Positions 34,346 through 43,897 of a stretch of DNA of 64,000 bases are shown one piece after another. Source of the DNA: an uncultured Candidatus Peribacteria bacterium. GTDB lineage: Bacteria > Patescibacteriota > Gracilibacteria > UBA1369. A program made the position numbers and the translations under genes. The stretch spans positions 93,409-157,408 of the forward strand of contig CAZGSD010000002.1 of assembly GCA_964528305.1 (NCBI GenBank), given 5' to 3'. Each line of letters opens with the position of its first letter. Within the stretch, counting starts at the first letter, position 1. A model generated the notes under the pieces. That model saw only the letters and a program-made list of their open reading frames with translations, was not told where the DNA came from and made no database searches.

Positions 34346-36538
34346 TCGCACCTTTTTTTTAGTAGTCCATACAGCACCCAAAGCAGCACTCGCCCCAAAC
34401 ACTAATAGCAGTTCAGGTCCAGTTTTCGCAGTATTATCTGGAAATGGTCCACTATAAGCAGCAGGCCTCAAACCATTGTCCAAGGGTTGCACAGGGAAAT
34501 CCGTCAAAGCAGTATTAATTTCCAAAGCAAATGGAATACTACTGATTATTTCACTACGCAAAGAACTTTCCTTACCCTCATCATCGATAGCCGTCACCGC
34601 AAAGAAATATTCCTTACCATTTTCTAAACCAGGCACATACCAGGTAGTACTAGCATCTTTGGTCAAAACAACCTGGGACAAAGATTTCACATCACTGCCA
34701 TAATATACTTTATAATTTTTAACCATTTTATCATCAGTAGCGGCATTCCATACCAAAGTAACGCGCTTATCGGATCCATACCCGATCAAACCATTTACTT
34801 GGGACGGAGCACCTGCCACAGGTTGCAATTCACCACCATTAGTAGGCGTCGCCCCAGTAGAGCCAGCATTGGCCACTGGACCTTTAACACTATTATCAAT
34901 CACAGCCCCAGCGGAATCGACAGTTATTTTGGCAGCCGCCTCATAAGTTTTTTCATTTTGCAATTCATCCACCAAAAGCACGCTCAAACTATAAGCTCCC
35001 GCGTCAGCTGGCGCTTGAATAGTACCGACATACACACTTGGATCATCAATACTGGCCGTCAGTTTGATAATATCAAAATTAAATAGTACTGCCGCCTGAG
35101 CCAAGCTTTTTTCACTATAAACCTTCACATTAATCACCGAACCAGCTTTGATGCCAGTACTTGGCTCCAAGACTAAATCTTCCAGCAGGGGAGCTTTAGT
35201 ATCTATATTTACACTAACAGGCTCAGAAGTACCGACTATAGCTGCAGTAATAGTATCCACATTGGTAACATACAAACTATGTGCACCATCGGTCAAAGCT
35301 GGCGTCTGAAAAGTAAATTTACCATTAGGTCCAACCGGCACAGATCCAATTTCCTGTGAATTATCAAATATTTTCATGGTTGAACTGGTTTTACCTGTAC
35401 CAGTCACAGTCTGCTCAGCTTGACTATAAGTCCCAGGTACTGGAGCGGTAATCATCGGTTTAACAGAACCAGCAGGTGCTGCGACAACAGCCCCACCATC
35501 ACCAACGACCACAGTCTTTTCTGCTTTTTTAAATTTATCCAACAAATCATTTACTACTATTTTATAAGTACCAGCCTTGGCAAAACTTAAGCCCAAATTA
35601 AACTGATGCTCACCTTGATCAGTAGCCAAAAACTTATAATTCGCTGGCAAAGTCACACCAGAGCTATTCTCACCTTCAGCTGAAAATCTAACAGTACCAG
35701 TATAATCAGACACTTTGACATTTTTCGAATCCACAGCCCGCACCTTGAAACTGACATTTTCATTGGGCTTAATGGTATTGGGCACATCCAATATTTCAAA
35801 TCCAGCCAAAGCCCCAGCATCCTGCGCATGAGCCCTCTGTATCACGTCTCCACCAATATCAGCCGTCAAAATAACATCATCCACAAAAGACACGGTAGGA
35901 CGTGCATCCAACAAAACATCTTCTCCTACATCCATCAAAGACAAATAAGACAGACCGGCCGCCCTACTTCGCACAGTAAAGTCAGCTTCACCGTTTTTAT
36001 CAGTATCAATTGTTGCAGGTTTAATTTCATCAGCTTTTCTGGAAGAAATTAGTTTCACAGCATGTCCATCCAACAAATTATTATAAGCATCTCTTAAAAC
36101 AACTTTCATTTCAAATGAATCCTGCCCATCAGCTTGTATTACAGTACGCCCATATTCCAAAGTAGAATTAAAGGCATCCACAGCAGCCGGGAAAACCATA
36201 AAACTGGTTTTATTAGTAAAACCATGGCGAATCGAATTTTCCGCCATTACATAATAAATTCCAGCTTTCTGAGTATGATAACCATCCAAATAAGCCACAG
36301 CACGACCAGAAGCGTCAGCTTTTACCGACATGTTAATGTTTAAACCATCGGCCTTTTCCACAACAAAATTCACTAACTGATTAGGAGGAAAATTACTGGC
36401 TTTCAAAATTGTTTCTTCACCAGCTATAGTGTCATTTCCAACCACATTGGCCGTATTTTGGGCAAGAACCACAGCCGTATTGGACAAAAACAGATTCAAG
36501 GCCATCAACATAGGAAGAATTTTTTTCACTGCGAACAT
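34334..36538 (-). CDS. large secreted surface protein with Ig-like (Big_1-type) and FN3 domains and a C-terminal sorting-signal-like anchor
   Basis: Signal peptide MFAVKKILPMLMALNLFLSNTAVVLAQ. Big_1-like segment SFEMKVVLRDAYNNLLDGHAVKL...DKNGEADFTVRS. FN3-like segment VTLVWNAATDD..NYKVYYG...YFFAVTAIDDEGKES. The tail is TAKTG, then a hydrophobic stretch, then KKKVRRKL. Confidence 0.75.
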   Translation of the reverse strand: MFAVKKILPMLMALNLFLSNTAVVLAQNTANVVGNDTIAGEETILKASNFPPNQLVNFVVEKADGLNINMSVKADASGRAVAYLDGYHTQKAGIYYVMAENSIRHGFTNKTSFMVFPAAVDAFNSTLEYGRTVIQADGQDSFEMKVVLRDAYNNLLDGHAVKLISSRKADEIKPATIDTDKNGEADFTVRSRAAGLSYLSLMDVGEDVLLDARPTVSFVDDVILTADIGGDVIQRAHAQDAGALAGFEILDVPNTIKPNENVSFKVRAVDSKNVKVSDYTGTVRFSAEGENSSGVTLPANYKFLATDQGEHQFNLGLSFAKAGTYKIVVNDLLDKFKKAEKTVVVGDGGAVVAAPAGSVKPMITAPVPGTYSQAEQTVTGTGKTSSTMKIFDNSQEIGSVPVGPNGKFTFQTPALTDGAHSLYVTNVDTITAAIVGTSEPVSVNIDTKAPLLEDLVLEPSTGIKAGSVINVKVYSEKSLAQAAVLFNFDIIKLTASIDDPSVYVGTIQAPADAGAYSLSVLLVDELQNEKTYEAAAKITVDSAGAVIDNSVKGPVANAGSTGATPTNGGELQPVAGAPSQVNGLIGYGSDKRVTLVWNAATDDKMVKNYKVYYGSDVKSLSQVVLTKDASTTWYVPGLENGKEYFFAVTAIDDEGKESSLRSEIISSIPFALEINTALTDFPVQPLDNGLRPAAYSGPFPDNTAKTGPELLLVFGASAALGAVWTTKKKVRRKL

Positions 36539-36566
36539 ATTTTTCAGTTTATTTTTAAATCTTCCT

Positions 36567-36575
36567 ATTATATCA
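36567..36575 (-). promoter_or_regulatory. extended -10 box TGATATAAT upstream of the surface-protein gene
   Basis: The reverse complement of attatatca is TGATATAAT, 28 nt before the ATG at 36538. Confidence 0.45.
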
Positions 36576-36610
36576 TAAAAAAGCTTTAAATTCAAACCAC
36601 CAAGCCAGAA

Positions 36611-37357
36611 ATGAGCATTATCAAACACAAACCCCTGCTTTTAGGTGCAGGATTGGCCATTTTAGGCGTAATTCTAGGGCTTTCAGGCCTAATTAGCCAC
36701 ACCATCCAAACCCTAATACTACAAGGATTCCCAGCCCCTTTACTCTATTTAAGCCTATCTTTACCTTTTTTAGGGCTTTTGATCAGCCTAACCAAGATAA
36801 TTATTGGTATGAACATCAACAACAATCTCATCCCAATTAGCCTTATTGGAGGCAGTATATTGATCGGGCCAATCAATAGTGTCAGTATTTTTCTAATCTG
36901 CCTGCTAATCAATTATTTTGCTAAAACAGCGACTAATCTCTTTCACCTTCATGTAGGAGTAAAAAACTCTCTATTTATCAGTATTGGCAGTCTCCTCCTG
37001 ATACTTTACCTCGGATTTTGTAATAACACCCCACAGACAGCCTCCCAAAGCGTTATTTATGGCTTAATTACTGTTTTAATCATCAATGAAAAGTTCCTAA
37101 CCTTCAAAATCAGTAAAACCAGTTTAATTAGCGACCTAAAAACAATAGGCAAAACACTATTTCTCGCTGCTATTGGTTATTTGCTACTAGGCGGCCAACT
37201 ACTTGGCTGGCAATGGCTCGGACTGCAAAACCTAATCATAAACTACCCAGAAAGCAGTTTACTCGCCATACTGGGCACCTTTTTGATCGGACAATATACC
37301 GGCCTACGACTGTCAGAAATCATCCGTTTCCGCAAACTTATCTTTAAAAATCACTGA
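36611..37357 (+). CDS. polytopic (7-8 TM) membrane protein, partner of the downstream ATP-grasp fusion
   Basis: 248 aa, almost entirely hydrophobic helices, ending in GQYTGLRLSEIIRFRKL. The stop overlaps the next ATG (TGATG at 37355-37359). Confidence 0.6.
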   Translation: MSIIKHKPLLLGAGLAILGVILGLSGLISHTIQTLILQGFPAPLLYLSLSLPFLGLLISLTKIIIGMNINNNLIPISLIGGSILIGPINSVSIFLICLLINYFAKTATNLFHLHVGVKNSLFISIGSLLLILYLGFCNNTPQTASQSVIYGLITVLIINEKFLTFKISKTSLISDLKTIGKTLFLAAIGYLLLGGQLLGWQWLGLQNLIINYPESSLLAILGTFLIGQYTGLRLSEIIRFRKLIFKNH

Positions 37358-39723
37358 TGTTTTTCAGAAATAGCGGCATCTTGGGGATTAACGCACGCAA
37401 TCTCCTTTATATCCGCCCCTACAATCAGGAAAAAAGTGTTGAATTTGCGGATGATAAGCTTAAAACCAAAGCATTTTTATCTGCTCGCGGCATTCCCGTA
37501 CCAAAACTTTTATCCGTTATCGGCAGTAAAGCTGAATTGGATAAATTTAATTTTCAAAAACTACATGCCGAATTTGTCCTAAAACCCAATCTGGGATATG
37601 GGGGGCAGGGGATTATACCAATTCTCAAAAAACATCATGGAGAATTCCTTGGCACTAAAGGGCAAATCTATAACAAAAACTATCTAATCGAACACATTCG
37701 CAACATACTCAGTGGCACTTTTGCAATTAATGAACAACAAGACAAAGCCTTTTTTGAAAAACTAATCACCACCGATGATATTTTAGGTAAATTTGCTTTT
37801 AACGGTCTACCAGACATACGTATCATTCTCTATAATCTCGTGCCAGTCATGGCTATGCTTCGCCTACCAACCGAAGAGTCCGATGGCAAAGCTAATCTAC
37901 ACCAAGGCGCTATTGGAGCTGGAATAGATCTCGCCAAAGGAGAGGTCACCCATCTACTACATAAAAACAGTATTATCAAAGAAATTCCTGGTCGCGGACC
38001 AATCAAAGGGTTAAAAATACCCTTCTGGGATGATATTTTACGCATAGCCGGCAAATCTCAATTAGCCTCCAATCTTGGCTATATGGGAGCGGATATCGCT
38101 ATAGACAAACACCACGGTCCAGTTCTACTGGAAATAAATGCCAGAGCAGGAATTAGCATACAAATGGCCAATCTAAGTCCTCTCCGCAAAAGACTGGAAA
38201 AATTAGATGGAATGCAAATCACTAGTGTAGAAAAAGGCATTCGTCTGGCCAAAGACCTCTTCGGCTATTCCATAGAAAAAAACATTAAATCTATTTCCGG
38301 TAAAAAAGTAATTGGTATTTACGAACATATTGATTTTTATCACGATAATCAAACAGTTAGCGCTCTAGCATTTATCAATAGTTCACGCAAAAAAAGCGCC
38401 GTTAGTCCAGATATAGCCAAACAACTGGGATTAATAAAATCAAAAAAACAAAAAGATTTGGAAAAAATAAATCTACGATTGAAATTCAAACTTGGAGGAA
38501 AAAAACTCACATCCATTTTCAAAATCGACAAAACCATAAAGAAAAAATATCAAGTAATTATCGGCAGTCGTGATTTAAGCGGATCTTTTTTATTGGATTC
38601 ATCCATCAACAACATCCTTGGCGAAAAATCCAAAGGGCCTGTTAAACACATTTTCATCAGTAATTACAATCCCATCGAAACTGATCGCCAAATCTGTAAA
38701 ATTAACAATCAATTAAAACTCTTAAGTTATTTCCGCCCATTAAATTTTCATGAAGAAGCAAATAAATTTCGCCAAAACAAAAATTACAACCCTCAATTCA
38801 TCTACAAAGACTACGATCAGGAAACATCCAATCTCAAAAAAACTCTACAAAAAATCAAATATGACGATAGCGACCTGGGCATACTCTTTCACAAAAAAAT
38901 CTCCGAACTAGATAATTATCTCAATCTAATCAAAAGCAGGGGACAGAGGGAGTTTACCGAACTTTCCAAAGAGATTTTTGGATTTCCCTCAAAACAAGAC
39001 TTATTGGAATTATCAGAAAGAATAGATCCAGAAAAAGCAGCCGGCAAACTCAAACAATACACCTCGCTGGAATTGAAACAGATTTTCGAACATATACTAC
39101 ATGACTATGGACTACACGAATGGCGTGTACTGCTCAAAGAAAGCATGCTCAGCAAATGTATCGTCAATCGAAATCGAACCATTATGATCAAAAAAGACTC
39201 GCTATTCAATGAACAACGAGTCCGTGATTTAATCATTCACGAAATAGAAACACATCTCTTCACCACCGAAAACGGCAGTAAACAAAAGTATCGTCTTTTC
39301 CATGTTGGTTTCGCTAATTATTTGGAAACACAGGAAGGTTTAGCCATACACAACGTTCTATCCAGAGGAAGTCTTTACAGCGAAGATGGTCATAAAGAAA
39401 TTCTAACCGAAGCAATCTACCTGGCTGATCAGCTCTCACTAAGCGATCTCTATCAGGAGATAAAACAAAAAGGGTTAAACGAAAAAAGTGCCATGGATAT
39501 CTGCTTTAGAGTTAAAAGAGGTCTGTCAGACACATCACAAGGTGGAGTTTTTAGCAAAGATTATTGTTATTTCAGCGGCAGGAAAAAAATCAAGAAATTC
39601 CTAGATAATGGAGGGGATTTACGAGACTTGTATTTTGGTAAATACAGTGTCGACGACCTCCAGCTAATCAAAAACATCTCTTCATTCCAAACACCGCCCC
39701 TATTACCAAAATGGCTAATCTGA
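37357..39723 (+). CDS. fusion protein: N-terminal RimK/TTL-like ATP-grasp ligase plus C-terminal DUF1704 (MATCAP/QEGLA family) HExxxH metallopeptidase
   Basis: ATP-grasp motifs: FVLKPNLGYGGQGIIPI, DIRIILYNLVPVMAMLRLPTEESDGKANLHQGA and MGADIAIDKHHGPVLLEINARAG. C-terminal half: IIHEIETH (HExxxH, nt 39238-39255) and YLETQEGLAIHN (QEGLA, nt 39331-39345). Confidence 0.75.
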   Translation: MFFRNSGILGINARNLLYIRPYNQEKSVEFADDKLKTKAFLSARGIPVPKLLSVIGSKAELDKFNFQKLHAEFVLKPNLGYGGQGIIPILKKHHGEFLGTKGQIYNKNYLIEHIRNILSGTFAINEQQDKAFFEKLITTDDILGKFAFNGLPDIRIILYNLVPVMAMLRLPTEESDGKANLHQGAIGAGIDLAKGEVTHLLHKNSIIKEIPGRGPIKGLKIPFWDDILRIAGKSQLASNLGYMGADIAIDKHHGPVLLEINARAGISIQMANLSPLRKRLEKLDGMQITSVEKGIRLAKDLFGYSIEKNIKSISGKKVIGIYEHIDFYHDNQTVSALAFINSSRKKSAVSPDIAKQLGLIKSKKQKDLEKINLRLKFKLGGKKLTSIFKIDKTIKKKYQVIIGSRDLSGSFLLDSSINNILGEKSKGPVKHIFISNYNPIETDRQICKINNQLKLLSYFRPLNFHEEANKFRQNKNYNPQFIYKDYDQETSNLKKTLQKIKYDDSDLGILFHKKISELDNYLNLIKSRGQREFTELSKEIFGFPSKQDLLELSERIDPEKAAGKLKQYTSLELKQIFEHILHDYGLHEWRVLLKESMLSKCIVNRNRTIMIKKDSLFNEQRVRDLIIHEIETHLFTTENGSKQKYRLFHVGFANYLETQEGLAIHNVLSRGSLYSEDGHKEILTEAIYLADQLSLSDLYQEIKQKGLNEKSAMDICFRVKRGLSDTSQGGVFSKDYCYFSGRKKIKKFLDNGGDLRDLYFGKYSVDDLQLIKNISSFQTPPLLPKWLI

Positions 39724-39737
39724 ACCCCAACTTGACA

Positions 39738-40754
39738 TCATAAAAGCAACATTCCATCACCAAAAGAAAAAAATCGCCTATTTCGTAATATAGCCAGGCG
39801 ATATAACTGTAAGACTTTATTTTTTCCAATCCAAGCCGCCACCAGCAATAACAACGTACTTTTCGGCAAATGAAAATTAGTAATCAAACCAGAAATAACC
39901 CTCCACCGATAACCTGGCTCAATCATAATCGAAGTCCGATAATCTCCAGCTACAAATAAGCCAAAACGTCCATAATTATCTTCCAACACCCTCACCGCTG
40001 TAGTTCCCACCGCTATAATACGCCGCCGCTGTTTAATATATTTATTCAAACGTATAGCAGTATCACTAGCGATATTATAAGCTTCTTCATGCATATGATG
40101 ATATCGAGTATCACTAGCTTTAACCGGTAAAAAAGTCCCCAATCCTACCTCCAACGTCACAAATTCCAACACTACACCTTTTGCTCTTAAACGCCCCAAT
40201 AATTCGGGAGTAAAGTGTAAACCAGCAGTCGGTGCCGCCACACTTTTCCCATCATGACGAGCATAAACAGTATTATAATCGGCATCCTGAGACTGCCCTG
40301 CGTCTATATATGGCGGCACCGGCATAGCCCCATAACTATATAGATACTCCATCAGCCCAGTCTGCGAGAGATCACAACTCAAATAGCGAAAGCCCTCATC
40401 ATCAATTTTTTCAATCTTAAAATCCACTCCATGCACCTTAACCGTCTGCCCCAGTTGAAAAAACTTCCCAGGACGAACCATCACTTTCCAATAATCACCT
40501 GCCAATTCCAAGAAAAAAATCTGCATTTGACGACCATTCTGTTCAAACAGTAAACGAGCCGGCATCACTCTAGAATCATTAAACACTAAAACATCACCCG
40601 GCCCCAAATATCGAGGCAAATCAAAAAAATGGCCATCATCTATCACCTTACCATCACGTGCCACTACCAACATACGAGCATGATCACGTGGAACAATCGG
40701 CTTTTGCGCTATAAGCTTTTTAGGCAAATCAAAGTCAAAATCAGCAATACGCAT
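39738..40754 (-). CDS. queA: S-adenosylmethionine:tRNA ribosyltransferase-isomerase
   Basis: MRIADFDFDLPKKLIAQKP, PTAGLHFT and AVGTTAVRVLE. Confidence 0.9.
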   Translation of the reverse strand: MRIADFDFDLPKKLIAQKPIVPRDHARMLVVARDGKVIDDGHFFDLPRYLGPGDVLVFNDSRVMPARLLFEQNGRQMQIFFLELAGDYWKVMVRPGKFFQLGQTVKVHGVDFKIEKIDDEGFRYLSCDLSQTGLMEYLYSYGAMPVPPYIDAGQSQDADYNTVYARHDGKSVAAPTAGLHFTPELLGRLRAKGVVLEFVTLEVGLGTFLPVKASDTRYHHMHEEAYNIASDTAIRLNKYIKQRRRIIAVGTTAVRVLEDNYGRFGLFVAGDYRTSIMIEPGYRWRVISGLITNFHLPKSTLLLLVAAWIGKNKVLQLYRLAILRNRRFFSFGDGMLLL

Positions 40755-40802
40755 AATAAAGAAACATTATACCCGCCAATTCTGCCCTAAAATAGCCAAA
40801 AA

Positions 40803-41966
40803 TCAATTTGTTTTTGCCGGTTCAGCACTCCACCGCTCTTGCTTATGATCAATCACAGCCTGACTTTCCACACCGTCCTCTAAACGCTTAATAACAACAA
40901 GTGTAACATCGTCCTCCTGTACATGCTCCTCTACAAATCTGGAAAAATCACGAGCAATATTTCTACTAATATCCTGAGCCCCCCCTTGAGAACCATAAAG
41001 AGATACTAATTGTTTCAACCTTTCCAATCCAAACATTTCCCCCTTCATATTCCTAGCTTCTGTAATACCATCGGTATAAAGCACCATCACGTCACCAACA
41101 GCCATTTCAACTTCCTGTTCTTTCACTATTTTACTATTATCAGCCACCATTCCCAAGGCTATGCCACCGCTAGCAGTAGCAGTAACTTCACCACTAGCAG
41201 CCTTATAAAGAACTAAGTGTTCATGTCCACACCCAACATAAGTCATTTTTCGAATTTCCGCGTCCCATTTAAGCATCAACATGGTCATAAACATCGTAGC
41301 ACGTATGCGCTTTTTTAAACGCCTATTAGTATTCACCACAATTTCCTTTGCAGTTGTGTATATTTCCGCATAAGCATTAATCAAAGTATTTACCATAGTC
41401 ATCACTATCGCTGCTGGCACGCCATGACCAGTCACATCACCCACGTAAAAATAAGTAGATTTACCCACCTGTATAAAATCCAAATTATCTCCTCCTAATT
41501 CCTCAGCAGAACGATTTTTAACAGCTATGTCAAAACCAGTAATAGTCGGCGCCTGCACCGGCATTAACTCTTTTTGTAATTGTCCAGCCGTCCTCAGTTC
41601 TCCAGACACTCTACGACTTTCAGACAATTCATCAGTTACTTTTTCCAAACTAGCGGTAATTTCATTGAAAAAATGCGCAAAAATACCGATTTCATCAGTA
41701 CGTTCAGTATATATTTTCTTATATTTCCGCCCCGTCAAAATAGCCTTTACCTGATCTAAAACGGCTCTTAGAGGAACAACCATATCCACATAATAAACCA
41801 AGACCGCCAAGAGCAAACAAAAGACCATCAATATCATTACCTCCACCCAATTAAATACAGCTTTTCCTAACAAATAAGATATTCCTCCAACTATCACCGA
41901 TATAGCCGCCATCAGCAGCAAGAAATGTACATAAATTTTCTTTTTTAAATAAGCCTTACTCAGCAT
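40803..41966 (-). CDS. membrane-bound PP2C/SpoIIE-type phosphatase with HAMP domain (RsbU-like)
   Basis: Two TM helices. HAMP signature TDEIGIFAHFFNEI. PP2C signatures GGDNLDFI, YFYVGDVTGHGVPAAIVM and LYTDGITEA. Confidence 0.85.
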   Translation of the reverse strand: MLSKAYLKKKIYVHFLLLMAAISVIVGGISYLLGKAVFNWVEVMILMVFCLLLAVLVYYVDMVVPLRAVLDQVKAILTGRKYKKIYTERTDEIGIFAHFFNEITASLEKVTDELSESRRVSGELRTAGQLQKELMPVQAPTITGFDIAVKNRSAEELGGDNLDFIQVGKSTYFYVGDVTGHGVPAAIVMTMVNTLINAYAEIYTTAKEIVVNTNRRLKKRIRATMFMTMLMLKWDAEIRKMTYVGCGHEHLVLYKAASGEVTATASGGIALGMVADNSKIVKEQEVEMAVGDVMVLYTDGITEARNMKGEMFGLERLKQLVSLYGSQGGAQDISRNIARDFSRFVEEHVQEDDVTLVVIKRLEDGVESQAVIDHKQERWSAEPAKTN

Positions 41967-42324
41967 AGTCTATACTGGTTAAACACTCAGAAAGCCCATC
42001 ATAATGATGCACAGTTTCCAAAATACCAACCACTCGAAGCACATCCAAAACCTGTTTAACCGCCCCAACCAAAACTAGATTAGCATTACGGGTTTTTAAA
42101 GTCTCGTTGATCTCTAAAAGCAATCCAATCCCTTCGCTATTAATAAATTCTAATTTCGAAAAATCCAAAATCAAAAATTTCCCATGGAAATCGCTTACCA
42201 ATCGGGAAATTTCATTTCTATGAAGTTTCAATCCAAAGGAATCCAAAGCCCCAACAAAAGAAATCAAACAAACCTTCGGTTTAAAATTTGAGTCAACCTG
42301 TAACGATAAATGTTCCTGTGACAT
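41956..42324 (-). CDS. STAS-domain anti-sigma-factor antagonist (RsbV/SpoIIAA-like), copy 1
   Basis: 122 aa. ILDFSKLEFINSEGIGLLL contains the phosphorylatable Ser position. It overlaps the phosphatase gene by 11 nt. Confidence 0.8.
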   Translation of the reverse strand: MSQEHLSLQVDSNFKPKVCLISFVGALDSFGLKLHRNEISRLVSDFHGKFLILDFSKLEFINSEGIGLLLEINETLKTRNANLVLVGAVKQVLDVLRVVGILETVHHYDGLSECLTSIDYAE

Positions 42325-42353
42325 GTAATTAATAAGGATGAATAAATCCTGTT

Positions 42354-42362
42354 ATTATATCA
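42354..42362 (-). promoter_or_regulatory. extended -10 box TGATATAAT upstream of the STAS-PP2C operon
   Basis: The reverse complement of attatatca is TGATATAAT, 30 nt before the ATG at 42324. Confidence 0.45.
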
Positions 42363-42372
42363 CAAAAAGCCA

Positions 42373-42960
42373 TTACACATCAAACCGGACAAAACGTACC
42401 ACTTTGATGTTTTCTCCCAATTTAACAATAGATTCCCTCACCAAAGCTTCAATTGTCTTATCTCCATCTTTGATAAAAGCCTGTTTCATCAAGGAAAACT
42501 CCTCTCTGGCTTTTTTCTCTTTATTCTCCAAAATCATGGCTATTTTATCCTCCGGTTTTCCCTCACTTTTCAACTGTTCAATCCAAATAGACTTTTCTCT
42601 AGCAATAAACTCATCACTAATATCTTCCGGATTCAATGCTTTTGGATTGGCAGCCACCACTTGCATGGCAATATCATTAGCCAATTCAATAAACTGCTCA
42701 TTTTTAGCGACAAAATCAGTTTCACAAGCCAAATGAACCAAGGCTCCAACCTTACGATTACTATGCACATAAGCATGAACCACACCCTGTCCAGTAGTAC
42801 GATCAGATTTTTCCGCAGCCTTAGCTTCGCCCTTTTTACGTAAAGCATCAACAGCTTTTTCAAAATCGCCATTATGTTCCTCCAAAGCCTTCTTACAAGC
42901 CATCATTGAGGCTCCAGTAGCTTCGCGTAAATTTTTCACATCATCAAGAGATACAGTCAT
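42373..42960 (-). CDS. tsf: elongation factor Ts (short form)
   Basis: MTVSLDDVKNLREATGASMMACKKALEE (UBA-like N-terminus) and HSNRKVGALVHLACETDFVAKNEQF. The ORF-track extension to 43188 is low-complexity and overlaps the upstream gene. Confidence 0.9.
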   Translation of the reverse strand: MTVSLDDVKNLREATGASMMACKKALEEHNGDFEKAVDALRKKGEAKAAEKSDRTTGQGVVHAYVHSNRKVGALVHLACETDFVAKNEQFIELANDIAMQVVAANPKALNPEDISDEFIAREKSIWIEQLKSEGKPEDKIAMILENKEKKAREEFSLMKQAFIKDGDKTIEALVRESIVKLGENIKVVRFVRFDV

Positions 42961-42994
42961 GCTTTTATAATTTATTGAATATTTATAATAAAAC

Positions 42995-43873
42995 TTATTT
43001 AGATGGATTCTGCATACCAGCATCAGTAGAAGACGCAGAATTAACTGGTGCCCCCTGAACAGGAGCCGTTGTAGTAGCAGCATTTCCAGCAGATGATGCG
43101 GCTTGAGCAGGAGGCACAGCAGCCGCAACTGGAGCGGTATTTTCTGCCTTCTCCTTCTGCAAAGTATCCTGTCGCACATCATAATCATTTTTCGCTACAC
43201 CAACCTGACCGGTAATATTTTCTTTGGACGTTTTAGCCATCCACTCAATTGGAATTAAATCAGCCACAGGCCCCAATACTGGCATTTTCCACCAAAAACC
43301 ATAAGCAGCCAAATACATGGAGTAAGCTCCTGCAACCAAACAAAACATTGGCACCAAACCAATCAACAAAGCCAAAAACTCTCCTAATGGTCCTAAAACA
43401 GAAGCAATCACAGCAAACATTCCAACAAAGAAAAACAACAATGACAACAATAATCCTTGTTTAGCATGCAACCTAACATAAGCGCTATCAGGCTTGATAA
43501 TAATCGACAACAAAGCCACAAAAGGCAAGTAAGCTAAAGCCGCATAAATCTTGTCTTCCTTATTTACAGGTGGCTGATTACCTTTTTCCGGATTGATTAT
43601 TTGAGACAGAAGACTACCAGCCTTCACAACTCCCGCCTGTCCCAGATTCTGAACCTGCTCTACACCAGCTTTCCCTAGATTAGTCACCTGTGATTTTGCC
43701 TCACCACCGAGATCCTGTAACTTATTTTGAGCTGTTTGAGCTAAATTTTGGGCCTCCTGTTTGACAGTATCTTGCAAACCTGCCGCAGAAGCTCCAGGCT
43801 GCTGACTGGAAACCCCAGAAGCCTCACCAGCAGAGGGTGTAGCACCAGACTGATTATCCATTGTATTTTGCAT
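42995..43873 (-). CDS. membrane protein, DUF4870-like core with repeat-rich N-terminal and A/P/T-rich C-terminal tails
   Basis: KIYAALAYLPFVALLSIIIKPDSAYVRLHAKQGLLLSLLF plus further TM helices. It lies between rpsB and tsf. The family call is tentative. Confidence 0.5.
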   Translation of the reverse strand: MQNTMDNQSGATPSAGEASGVSSQQPGASAAGLQDTVKQEAQNLAQTAQNKLQDLGGEAKSQVTNLGKAGVEQVQNLGQAGVVKAGSLLSQIINPEKGNQPPVNKEDKIYAALAYLPFVALLSIIIKPDSAYVRLHAKQGLLLSLLFFFVGMFAVIASVLGPLGEFLALLIGLVPMFCLVAGAYSMYLAAYGFWWKMPVLGPVADLIPIEWMAKTSKENITGQVGVAKNDYDVRQDTLQKEKAENTAPVAAAVPPAQAASSAGNAATTTAPVQGAPVNSASSTDAGMQNPSK

Positions 43874-43897
43874 GTCTATTGCTGTTATAAAGTTGTT

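Noticed and set aside
42961-43188. Upstream extensions of tsf (to 43188), of STAS copy 2 (45190-45396), of the HIT gene (to 15161) and of the surface protein (to 36628).
   Set aside because: The extensions are low-complexity, overlap neighbouring genes, and precede internal ATGs that match the normal N-termini of the families.
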